A stretch of DNA of 64,000 bases, from contig AP039691.1 of NCBI GenBank assembly GCA_051599415.1, positions 310,001 through 374,000 on the forward strand. Reading direction: 5' to 3'. The stretch comes from Savitreella phatthalungensis. Taxonomy: Eukaryota. Both the position numbers and the translations under genes were made by a program. Shown in pieces: positions 33,988 through 43,698 of this stretch; positions within the stretch are counted from its first letter, which is position 1; each line of letters begins with the position of its first letter. The notes below the pieces were generated by a model. It was not told where the DNA came from and searched no databases. It worked only from the letters and a program-made list of their open reading frames with translations.

Positions 33988-36900
33988 GCTCCGAGATCGG
34001 AAAGGGACATTCGATTTCGGAATCTAGGCCGGCGCTTGCGCCGACCGTCTTGTCCCACAGCTTGCAAGATTTTATTGACGAGCACCCGGATGACGATTTT
34101 GACATAAATCAAGAGTTGACATCCGACCAAAGGCAGCAACTTATATCTCTGCTTCAATCGCTCCGACATAGTGTTTTCAGAGACGAGTGGGGTCTCATCA
34201 ACGACGGGACCGAGCTTCGCATTCAGCTGAAAGATCCATCAACGACACCGATAGCGCGCGCTCCCTATAGGATGTCTCCCGGCGACAAGAAGGCGATTGA
34301 CGAAGTGGTCGGGGAACTTGTTCGGCTTGGACGAGTAGAGCCCTCTTCATCGGAATGGGCATCCCCAGTCCATGTTGTGCACCAACATGGGAAACCCAGA
34401 CCTGTCTTTGACCTCACACTGCTCAATCGACTAGTCGTCAAGGACGCGTACCCTATGCCACGACAAGATGAGATATTCGACCTGGTATCTGGTAAGAAGT
34501 TCATATCAACGTTTGATCTTACAAAGGGGTTCTATCAACTCCCGATTCGAAAGGAAGACAGACACCTCACGGCGTTTGCCACTCATCGAGGGCTGGAACA
34601 GATGTCTGTGGCCGTGATGGGATTTGTAAACACGCCGGCGGTCTTCCAAAGAATGATGAACAACCTGCTGGGCCCTGAGATCCGAAAAGGTGCGATCGCA
34701 TACGTCGACGACCTAGTGATCTACTCGGACAGTTTTGAGGAACACCTCCGTCTACTGCACTTGATTCTTCATCGCATTGCAGGTAAGAACCTCACGCTAT
34801 CCAGAAAGAAATCCCACATCGCATTCGACGACGTTGAGCTGCTCGGACACCGAGTTGGACGACTAGGCTTGGCGACATTGGAAAGCAAGGTTAGAGCAAT
34901 GAGGAACCTCCCAAGACCGCAGAAGCTTAAAGACCTGGAGGCAGCTTTGGGACTATTTGGATACTATCGCAGTTTCATTCGTGATTACGCCAGGATGGCT
35001 GCGCCTCTCTTCCAGCTGAAGTCCTCAATGACCAAGCCCTTCTCAATCGATTACGGTAACGGGACGCAACAGAAACCAAGCACCAACCCGAAGCCCGTGA
35101 AGATGTATAAAGATCTTCAGAAGCAATCGCTCGACTGGTCGTCCGAATGCGAACATGCTTTCAACGCCATTAAGACTGCTCTTTGTGAAACGGTTCGCCT
35201 AGCCCCAGTGGACTGGACAAAGCCATTCATTCTTTACGTTGACGCCTCTTCAAAGGGTTTCGGCGCTGTGCTTCATCAAGAACATGATGGTAAGGAGCGT
35301 CCTTTGATCTTCTTGTCACGACTTCTCAAGAAAGCCGAGCTCAGTTACTCATCGGTGGAACGAGAGTGCGGCGCCGTGGTGTTGGCTGTTCGCAAGGTTC
35401 GACACTACTTGGATGGTTCCGAACTCACTATCTTCACTGATCATGCCGCGTTGACATGGCTACTGTCAGGAGATGTAGCAAGCGACCCTCGTAGACGGAA
35501 CGGCAGGTTGCTCCGTTGGGCACTCGAGCTAGCACCGCTCGCCATGACAGTCCGCCATCGACCCGGCAAACTACACGCAAACGCCGACGCTTTGTCGAGG
35601 TTGCTGGACCCCGGTGAGGAAGTCTTCCCCGTCGAGATCGACGCAAGCGAGGACTGGCAACCATGGTATCTAGATGATCCGGTTTGGAGGACTATGTACC
35701 TCCGGCTCAACGCAGGAAACTCTGGTGAACGCTATCAGAGTTTTGTCATTCGGGACGGCAAACTCTACACCGCTTCATACGAACGGGAGAGGCTCTGCGT
35801 ACCAACAGGCAAACTTGACGAGTTGGTGACTGCTGAGCACGAGAACACTGGACACCAAGGCGCTGAAAAGGTCTTTCTCAGGCTTGCAGCTCTCTTCCAC
35901 CATCCAAGACTCCGTCAGCGCTGCATTGATGCCATCTCTAAATGCGCATCCTGCCGGTCAAACAACACTTTGAGACACCGTCCATATGGCGCGATGGAAC
36001 CCATTGTCGCTCACCGTCCATTCGACATAATAAGCATCGACTTTGTGGTAAAGCTACCCAGACAGCCCGGTGACTGGGACTCTTTCACGACCATTGTCGA
36101 TAAGTTCACTCGAGTGGTTACACTTTGGCCATGCAAGGAGTCTGACGATGCACACATGACTGCTGAACGATTCTTCCATGGCTTCGTGAAGAGATACGGA
36201 TTGCCCCGACAGATTGTGAGTGACCGCGACACCAGATTCACAAGTATCTTCTGGCAAGCCCTACTCAAACGAGCAGGTGTAGAGATCACACCCTCGACAG
36301 CCTATTATCCGCAGGGGGACGGGCATGTTGAGCGTTTCAATCAAACTGTCGAAATCATGCTGCGTCACCTCGTCGATTCAACGTCAACGGACTGGGCACA
36401 ATATTTGGACGCCGTGGAATTGTACCTGAACACAGCGCCAAACTCTACGACCGGAATGCCGCCATATGAGGCGCTCTTCGGTGTTCGAATTCGACTGGGT
36501 CTTGATCATCTCTTAGACTCTGCTTCTGACGCTACAGTCGGTTCGGTCGCCGAATTTGAAGACGCTAGGGCCGCGCGCAGGCAGGCGGTAGAGGACGCAG
36601 CAATCTGGGCCACTGCCGCAATGGCGCGTCATTACGATGCGCGACGACACACGCCGCCGTCATTCAATCCCGGAGATATGGTGCTACTACGTGCGCGCAA
36701 CTTCAACTTCCCGAATACAAGTAAGATCGGGCCACAGCGTGTCGGACCGTTCAAGGTACTCGAAAGAGTTGGGAAGCTTGCCTACAAACTGGATTTACCA
36801 ACAAGGTACAGGATGCATAACGTCATCAACGTATCTAAGCTTGAACCAGCCCGTGTCAACACCGAGGTTTTCCAGCGACCTCCGAGTGCTGACAATCAAG

Positions 36901-37103
36901 TCGTTCAACCTACCATCAACAAGGTCATCAACAGGAGGACTCGCAGAGGTCGCCTCGAGTATCTGGTGCACTGGGAAGATTCGTCTAACTACGATGATGA
37001 ATGGATCCCTGCTACAACGGCCTTGACGATCAACCGCAGGGCAGTAGAAGAATACCTGACACGTCCAGCACCATCTACAGATGCACGCCCTCCAATTATC
37101 TGA
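33882..37103 (+). CDS. pol: Retrotransposon ORF2 (-1 frame): reverse transcriptase, RNase H, integrase, chromodomain
   Basis: RT WASPV..FDLTKGFYQ..YVDD; RNase H YVDASSKGFGAVL..TDH; IN HENTGH..CASC, SIDF, SDRD, VERFN; GPF module; YLVHW..DEW chromodomain. No good ATG, so probably reached by frameshift near 33984. Confidence 0.96.
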   Translation: MCASDYREAMCFRTRRYSGIRREPRSRRDACAGFLSSEIGKGHSISESRPALAPTVLSHSLQDFIDEHPDDDFDINQELTSDQRQQLISLLQSLRHSVFRDEWGLINDGTELRIQLKDPSTTPIARAPYRMSPGDKKAIDEVVGELVRLGRVEPSSSEWASPVHVVHQHGKPRPVFDLTLLNRLVVKDAYPMPRQDEIFDLVSGKKFISTFDLTKGFYQLPIRKEDRHLTAFATHRGLEQMSVAVMGFVNTPAVFQRMMNNLLGPEIRKGAIAYVDDLVIYSDSFEEHLRLLHLILHRIAGKNLTLSRKKSHIAFDDVELLGHRVGRLGLATLESKVRAMRNLPRPQKLKDLEAALGLFGYYRSFIRDYARMAAPLFQLKSSMTKPFSIDYGNGTQQKPSTNPKPVKMYKDLQKQSLDWSSECEHAFNAIKTALCETVRLAPVDWTKPFILYVDASSKGFGAVLHQEHDGKERPLIFLSRLLKKAELSYSSVERECGAVVLAVRKVRHYLDGSELTIFTDHAALTWLLSGDVASDPRRRNGRLLRWALELAPLAMTVRHRPGKLHANADALSRLLDPGEEVFPVEIDASEDWQPWYLDDPVWRTMYLRLNAGNSGERYQSFVIRDGKLYTASYERERLCVPTGKLDELVTAEHENTGHQGAEKVFLRLAALFHHPRLRQRCIDAISKCASCRSNNTLRHRPYGAMEPIVAHRPFDIISIDFVVKLPRQPGDWDSFTTIVDKFTRVVTLWPCKESDDAHMTAERFFHGFVKRYGLPRQIVSDRDTRFTSIFWQALLKRAGVEITPSTAYYPQGDGHVERFNQTVEIMLRHLVDSTSTDWAQYLDAVELYLNTAPNSTTGMPPYEALFGVRIRLGLDHLLDSASDATVGSVAEFEDARAARRQAVEDAAIWATAAMARHYDARRHTPPSFNPGDMVLLRARNFNFPNTSKIGPQRVGPFKVLERVGKLAYKLDLPTRYRMHNVINVSKLEPARVNTEVFQRPPSADNQVVQPTINKVINRRTRRGRLEYLVHWEDSSNYDDEWIPATTALTINRRAVEEYLTRPAPSTDARPPII

Positions 37104-37203
37104 CAACATTCACGACTCTACCTTACGACACAAATCACATTTACGACATGTATCTTTAACGACTGCCTTGCCGGGGACGACAAGGTCTTCTCCCGGGGGC
37201 ACT

Positions 37204-37356
37204 TGTCACTATCGTGACCTCTTTACTCACGTGATCAATCACTGATCACCTCTACTGATCATTTTCTCTTACGTAGGCGAGACGATCGTTCGCTCCCTCA
37301 CCACACTCTTTAGGTCAGTAGACTCTTATAGCGAAATTCGATCCTCTTAGGTGACA
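37204..37356 (+). repeat. 3' LTR (153 bp)
   Basis: Identical to the 5' LTR; preceded by a short G-run (GGGGGCACT) as a weak polypurine tract and followed by TSD GTCGC. Confidence 0.97.
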
Positions 37357-37940
37357 GTCGCACCGAGGTAACGCGAACGTCAACAATGCGAACAGAGAAC
37401 AAAGAAACACTCGATTAGTCTTCCGAAAATGGCCTTCAAAGGCTCTGGAATGTGCGATACCACTATACAAGGTTGACTACAAATAGCCGTCACTCTAGCA
37501 CCTCGAAATGGTGACCTTCATCTTCATATCTACTAGAGACGTAGTGATAAGCCACAAAATACCACTATGAGCCACACACGTGACTCCGGAGAACCACGTG
37601 TTCAACAGACCTGAGCCCGGCTGAAGGCTGCATTGGTAAATACTGCGCAGAACGAACGTACACGAATGCACAGCCTGCATAATCTGCGTGGGTCATCTAA
37701 GCCGTTGTGAATTTGATCAACTCAGAATTAAGCGTTATAGCACGTCTACATGCTTCTGAAAAGGAATTTGCTGAAGATGTCTCGCGACACACGTGTGCAA
37801 GTACCTATGGTTGAACGCATATTGCCTCAATTTGGATATTCCGAGTAAGGTCTACCTCGTCTGCACATTAGGTACGATATGAATAAGTCGTGAATCTCTG
37901 AATCCATGTACGACTGCGACTTTCCTGTCAGATCAGCCAG

Positions 37941-39416
37941 TTACTCCTTGTCATCCCAGCCGCCGACCACTCTGGCCCAATCAGCAAAACATGAGCCTTC
38001 TTTCGTCTCAACTTCGACGTGATCGGGCGGACATACACATCTGCATCCACATCCGCCCTTTCTAGGCTTGTCCCACGTACTCCTGCCAGGGCTGCCATCG
38101 ACGTTGGCTGGTGCCTTCAGCTGCTTTCCCGGCGCATTGACGGGACAATGGAGGATGTCAGAGTGCTGGTAGCCGATATCCCGGAAGTAATGTACTTGCT
38201 TCGTCTCGAGCATGAGGCCTGCAGCAAGTGAGTGAATAGGTGCATCTCCCCAGCGCTCGCGCCAGAAACCGCCAGATGCGTCCATCTCGTCGAAGAATGA
38301 TTTGTACTGCGCAGATCTGAACCATTTGAGCGAGGCGATTTCGAAATTAGACCAGAAGTGACACATATTGTATGACTCGCCCTCCATGCTTTCGGGATCG
38401 ACGTCCTGGTCGTCACGGATCGGATCGAGCTTGAGAACGTCCTTGGGAAGCTTCACCCCATTGACCATGCCGTCCTCGTCCCCCCTGCGATGCCGTGGCC
38501 GCAGGAACATCTCCCACAAGCTCGTGGACCGGACGCTGTTCTTGCGCTTCCATCCACTCGCATATCGGAACATGTTGGGAACTGTATCGACGAGCTCCTT
38601 GATGGCGATATTGAATCCATAGACTTTGTTGTGAACGCGCATGTAACGGAACGGGTCGTATGTCAGGTCGCAAAAGAATGTCACGTCTGGCTCGACGCGC
38701 CAGTACCACTCGTATTTCAGCAGGAGCGGGTGATTGAAGAAGAAGCCGGAGAAGAAACGGCACATGTGATGGTAGGTCTCCATATTGCCATACATGATAG
38801 CACGATCGCCCTGCTGCTGGATGGCCTCTTTGACTTCATCCACATCCGGAAGCCAATCAGGGAACCCCCACATATCCTCACTCACAAAGCCGAATTCGAC
38901 CTTACCGTTGGTGGCGGCTCTGACGCGCTCCTTGAAATTGTCGGAAAATTCGCCATTGTTGAGGAACACCCAGGGGTAGTTGAACCACTGGTTGAAACGC
39001 TTCTCTACCGACTCCATCGAGGATAAAACGCCGTCGAGCTCGCTGTCTCTGGCGAGGACCATGAAGGCTGCATTCTCGCGAGGATATTTTGCGGCTTCCT
39101 GCTTCGCATCCGTACATCCCTCCTGGAACAGTGGATCAATCTTCTGATTGAGTGGTCTCGTGGAGCCATCGAGGAAAATGAGTCGATCCCCTGAGCCACT
39201 GAAGAGCTGATGTAGCCCGAATGCTGAAAGCAAGAACATGAGCAGTGTGACGATCCATAATTTGACTTCACCGATGAATTTAATGCGAACTCGACGCTGC
39301 CAAAAGTTCCTCGACTGCAGGTTACGCGGCATGCCCTGTCTCAAGGCCTTGAATTGAGCGCTGGAAACGCGTTTGAGGTCCTCAATAGGCCTATTGTAAG
39401 GACTGAGGAATGCCAT
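37941..39416 (-). CDS. KRE2/MNT1-family alpha-1,2-mannosyltransferase (GT15, Ktr5/Ktr7-like)
   Basis: Type II TM anchor; RENAAFMVLAR, FNYPWVFLN, YHHMCRFFSGFFF, WYWRVEPDV, CHFWSNFEI and ERWGDAPIHSLA. Confidence 0.95.
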   Translation of the reverse strand: MAFLSPYNRPIEDLKRVSSAQFKALRQGMPRNLQSRNFWQRRVRIKFIGEVKLWIVTLLMFLLSAFGLHQLFSGSGDRLIFLDGSTRPLNQKIDPLFQEGCTDAKQEAAKYPRENAAFMVLARDSELDGVLSSMESVEKRFNQWFNYPWVFLNNGEFSDNFKERVRAATNGKVEFGFVSEDMWGFPDWLPDVDEVKEAIQQQGDRAIMYGNMETYHHMCRFFSGFFFNHPLLLKYEWYWRVEPDVTFFCDLTYDPFRYMRVHNKVYGFNIAIKELVDTVPNMFRYASGWKRKNSVRSTSLWEMFLRPRHRRGDEDGMVNGVKLPKDVLKLDPIRDDQDVDPESMEGESYNMCHFWSNFEIASLKWFRSAQYKSFFDEMDASGGFWRERWGDAPIHSLAAGLMLETKQVHYFRDIGYQHSDILHCPVNAPGKQLKAPANVDGSPGRSTWDKPRKGGCGCRCVCPPDHVEVETKEGSCFADWARVVGGWDDKE

Positions 39417-41267
39417 GGATTCTACGCGGGAAGCACTGATCTGCTCTCACTTATGTTGAGAGATTCGCAAGTGATATTTATCAGTAGATTCAACCAGGTT
39501 TAGTCAGTCGTATCGCCAGGATTGATAATGGTGTTGCAGGAGAAAGCTATCCAGCCTTCCGCACACGGTCGGACGAGTCGCTGGTGGTCGATCAATTTCT
39601 TAAGTTGACATTGGGGTTGTCCCTGGAGATGTGCTAGTGAAGTATCGATCAATGACGTTAGTCGTTGCCACGGCGTGCTTAACGCGTGGATCGTGTCGTG
39701 TGAACAAGCGCGTGATTTAGACAACTGGTTCAGGTAGAGTGAGCCTCGCGTGCGTTAATGGATCAGTGCAGAATCGGCAGGAGAGACTGAAACTACTTAA
39801 GAGACAGTGCACAGTGCTAGACGACGTTTGCCTGCTCCTGTGATCTGGACTTAGGCCTCTCGAGTGCTTGTACGGTTGGTCTCTCCCGGTCAATAAGCTT
39901 TCTTCGTGATTGTGACCTAGTCCTCGTGAAATGCACGGATTGTTTGGATGCAGCAGGCTGTGTGGAATTCCTGGTTGGTTGCAATGTTGAAAGGGAATTT
40001 GGAATGTAAAGCTGACTCGCTTGCTCGCTTAAGCTGCTTCTCATGCAGTCTTGTCTAAGTATCTGATCTTAAATTAGATTTCATAGGTATGGCCTTATGG
40101 GAATGGTATGCATGACGAAAAGTGAAATCGATTGATTGAGATCTCAAGTGCTTCCAGTTCGTTCACAACACATGCAGTATACCTCTCAATCTAGCATAGT
40201 CGTCCTACAGATTCTCTGGTTCATTGCCCTTTCTGTGTGATTGATTTTGTAGGTTCAGTACAATAGACACTCGATTTGCCAGATCCACGAAAGAAGCAAC
40301 AGTTCTATGGCCGTGACTATTGCTTCGGTGTGTACAAGAGTCACATGCTCGATTCTCCTCCGTTCTCGGATTCCATCCTATCCTGGTTCTGATACTGATA
40401 TCCTTGCTTCCGCTCAACGAGACATTCTCCATCAGCAAAGTTGAACGCGTACGAGCGCTCGATGCACATGCACAAGAACGCTGAGACGTCGGTTCAATCG
40501 ACGGTGATGAAAATGCAATGACTTACACCGTTACTATGTCCTTTGTCTGCTGAGATGTACAAGCGTCGCCCTAGGTCCGTCTGAAGTGGAAAATGTTTTG
40601 GAGCTCCAGACGGTCGCGTGTCTATGATTCCAGACGACTAATGAATGACTTGCCGTCCTGGAGGACGTACTTCTCTCGACCCTAACCAGCCCCAAAAGGG
40701 CGTCACGTGCGCTGCTTTTTGCACAACGCTCAGACACAGGGGCAACAAAGGCCGTCTCCAGTATTGCCGCAGCCCCTCTGGAGGACACGACTGCAGGGGA
40801 AAGCCCTGAGCTGCAGCACAGAGACGGCAGTGGAGCCGAGTTCAAAGTTAAGAAGTACTTGGGTCCTTGATAGATGTTTTCGAAATGCGATGGTGTCTGC
40901 AGGCGCCAACGACGCAGACCTGGCCTGTGCTGCTTCGTCGAGGGGACCGCCGGCGTGGAGGATGTGCGTGAGATCGAGGTACAGCACGATACACGATTGC
41001 GCGAGTGTGATCCTCAGTCAGTATGCATCGATGCAATCAGAGCTAGCACACTGTGTCGAATGAGGCGTCTGGCAAAATGTTGTCGTGGCTGGTGCCTCCA
41101 CGCCTGCACGGGCACGAGCACATGCATGGGCAAATGCATGCACGAATGCGCTAGGTCATGGCATGATGTTATACTTCACATCAGCTGAACACATGAAATG
41201 AGTGTGCAAGAACATCCAGGCGCTGCTAGGGACAGCTATCTAGATCGTACTACGCAAGCGTAAAGCG

Positions 41268-41735
41268 ATGCCTCGCAAACGAGACAAATTCGAATTCGAG
41301 AGACCCGAGCCAGCATTTTTGAAACGCTTGAAGGAAGGCGAGTTGTCGAAGCAAGAAGCTGAAGAACGCGATCGGGAAGCACGAATAGGCGCGCGTGACA
41401 AGGAAATCGAGCAGGAAGAAGCGCCGACGGTCGTAGATGCACGTGGAGAGGTAGTAGACTTACCACGGCAGCAACGGCAACAACAGCAAGCTCAACGATC
41501 AGTCGAAGAGAAAGAGAAAGAGAATGGAATTGAGAAAGAGCAGGATAAGAGGTTTACAGCTCCGCTCACAGTGTTGAAGAGCAGTGCTCAAGAGACGAAG
41601 TTCTCTCTCGGCCAGAAATCGAGCAGACCCATGAAGCCTTTCGCAGGTGTCGCCGGGACAAACCCAGCCAGGAATAAAGCGGTCAAGAGAGCGGCGATCA
41701 AACTCAGCTTTCATGACGACGAACATGATGAATGA
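41268..41735 (+). CDS. DUF4604 (KIAA1143-like) small hydrophilic protein
   Basis: N-terminal FERPEPAFLKRLK, central EEAPTVV and C-terminal KLSFHDDE, as recalled for DUF4604. Confidence 0.75.
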   Translation: MPRKRDKFEFERPEPAFLKRLKEGELSKQEAEERDREARIGARDKEIEQEEAPTVVDARGEVVDLPRQQRQQQQAQRSVEEKEKENGIEKEQDKRFTAPLTVLKSSAQETKFSLGQKSSRPMKPFAGVAGTNPARNKAVKRAAIKLSFHDDEHDE

Positions 41736-42038
41736 CATGACATGATTTGACATGATGGTGTAAAATACGATGGGACGATCAAACGACGAAATCACAGGTG
41801 TATAGACAAGCGATCTTTCATGAATGCGATGCATTTTTCCGCAACCACCTATAGAGTGTAGCTCGCGTTTTGGGGGAGTATTGTTTATGTAGATCTTCTG
41901 TTGTGTCGGAGAGAGAGAGACGCCAGGGTCATCAAAGGGCGTGTCGTCGCGGGCCGGAAAGGGTGGCGGAAGGTGACAGACAAAGAGTAACTGAAAGAGA
42001 ATGAAAGAGTTTCCACTTCAGATGTATCTTCTCACATC

Positions 42039-42809
42039 TTAGACCGACTCGAGGACCGGTGGCTCGTTGGTGACGCGGTCAACCTTTGTCGAGGTCGACT
42101 CTGCCTCACCGCCATGGAGCTCGAGAAGCTTCTGGATGTCAAGGGCCGGACGCTTGAGGATCTTGGCCTTGTGGGTGAAGACGTTGCCGAGCGGGTAGAT
42201 GCCCTGAGTTGCCTTCTCGATCTCGCGGCCGATAGCCTCTGGGATGAGCTTCAGGACGAGGTCCTTGAGCGAGCAGGAGGAAGCCTCCTTCTGGATGACC
42301 TCGAACATCTTCTGGCGAATCTGACGGATCTGGGCAGACTGTGCGTAGGAGGTCTTCTTAATCTGGTTCTGCCTGCGGCGGGTGGTCGCGATGACGAAGA
42401 GACGGACGACGTAGCCGTCGGTGGTCTTGACGTCGAGGTGAGCCTCGATGAGTGTCTGCCACTTACGGACGAGCGAGCGCATCTTGTCCTGAGTGAAGGA
42501 CATGCCGTGGAAGTTTGTGAGGCACGACTTGCCCTGGATCTCGTCGACACGTAGCTTGATCTTGCGGAAAGCGTGCTCCTCGTCCTTCTGCAGGTCGCCG
42601 AGCGAGACCTCAAGGATGCGGCCCTTGAGTGCGTCGTTGGCGTTCTTGAGACCAGACGAGCGGTTCGTCAGCGTCTTTCCGACGTTCTTCTGAGCGAACA
42701 TGGACGGAGCCTTGATGTCGAACCAGTCCTTGCGGGTGAAGGGGTCAACCACCCTCTTCTTGATGCCCTTCTTGCCCTTGGACAAGCGTTTGTTCTTGCC
42801 GACAGCCAT
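42039..42809 (-). CDS. RPS1: 40S ribosomal protein eS1 (S1/S3a)
   Basis: [35 protein letters not shown]...[15 protein letters not shown]; strong C/G third-position bias; intronless. Confidence 0.99.
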   Translation of the reverse strand: MAVGKNKRLSKGKKGIKKRVVDPFTRKDWFDIKAPSMFAQKNVGKTLTNRSSGLKNANDALKGRILEVSLGDLQKDEEHAFRKIKLRVDEIQGKSCLTNFHGMSFTQDKMRSLVRKWQTLIEAHLDVKTTDGYVVRLFVIATTRRRQNQIKKTSYAQSAQIRQIRQKMFEVIQKEASSCSLKDLVLKLIPEAIGREIEKATQGIYPLGNVFTHKAKILKRPALDIQKLLELHGGEAESTSTKVDRVTNEPPVLESV

Positions 42810-43698
42810 GTTGTGTGATGTACTTCAAAGATTGTCGTGACCTGTTCCCTTCAAAAGCGCCCAAAGGTGTCCTGGTTCGAGTTGGTTAGGCAATCGGACG
42901 AGGTAGACGCGGCCGTGACACTTGCCTGGCGTGCGTGCTCTGTGTGAGTGAGAGAGTGCAGAGTGAGTGAGAGCTGTTCCCACTGAATCGAACCAAGAGG
43001 ATACAGTGTTGCAGGTGTGTGAGAGAGACTGAGACTCTGAGCACAGAAAGTCAGCGAGGTATTCAGTCAGACTGAGAGAGACAGAGAGAGAGAGGAGGAG
43101 AGGCAGAATGAGTGAGAGAGATACAGGGAGAGAATGAGTGACAGGGCAGTGGAATTGATGGAATTCGATACAATTCGTGATAAGTGAAAGTTGATTCTCT
43201 ACTGGGACAATTAGAGCAATAGACACCCGTATACAAAAGTTCTATTGATTTAGGAAAGTACAGTCAGAACTCTAAGATTGATTTATAGACCCGTATCAAA
43301 TTTCTTCTTGTATGGCAATTCTTCCTCATCGAAAAGTGATCAGTTCGCAGGACTTTTTTTCCTCTCAATTTGAATCCTGTATTTTTTTGATTCAGCTCGA
43401 ATGAATTGCATCGACCTCTTGACCTGGCGTCACGTGAATCATGGACGCTACTGACTACACGTGCTGCTATAATTCGGTGAAGCAGCAAGGACATGAATGC
43501 ACATATATGCATCCAATTGCCTCACAGCGCGGGCGTCTCCGTTGTTCTCTATTTTTTATTGGAATGCACACAATCACTGATCCTGTCACTCTCACTCCAC
43601 CCTGAACCGCGGAATACGGGGTCAATAGCTGGAAAGATGCACAAATCCGAGCACGACGTCAGAGCCAGTGACAAGGGTTCTCTCCGCTGCAAAGCCCT

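Larger units (their letters stand above)
31804..37356 (+). mobile_element. Full-length Ty3/gypsy LTR retrotransposon with chromodomain-bearing integrase (5553 bp)
   Basis: Two identical 153-bp LTRs with TGTCAC...GTGACA ends, a 5-bp TSD GTCGC (31799-31803 and 37357-37361), a PBS, and intact Gag-PR and RT-RH-IN ORFs in gypsy domain order. Confidence 0.98.

Noticed and set aside
40534..41190. Cluster of short overlapping ORFs between the GT15 and DUF4604 genes
   Set aside because: No recognisable motif or consistent exon model could be supported.
42825..43226. 133-aa Ser/Leu-rich ORF upstream of RPS1; search for a fission-yeast Homol D box
   Set aside because: The ORF derives from GA/TC low-complexity promoter sequence, and I saw no exact CAGTCACA box.
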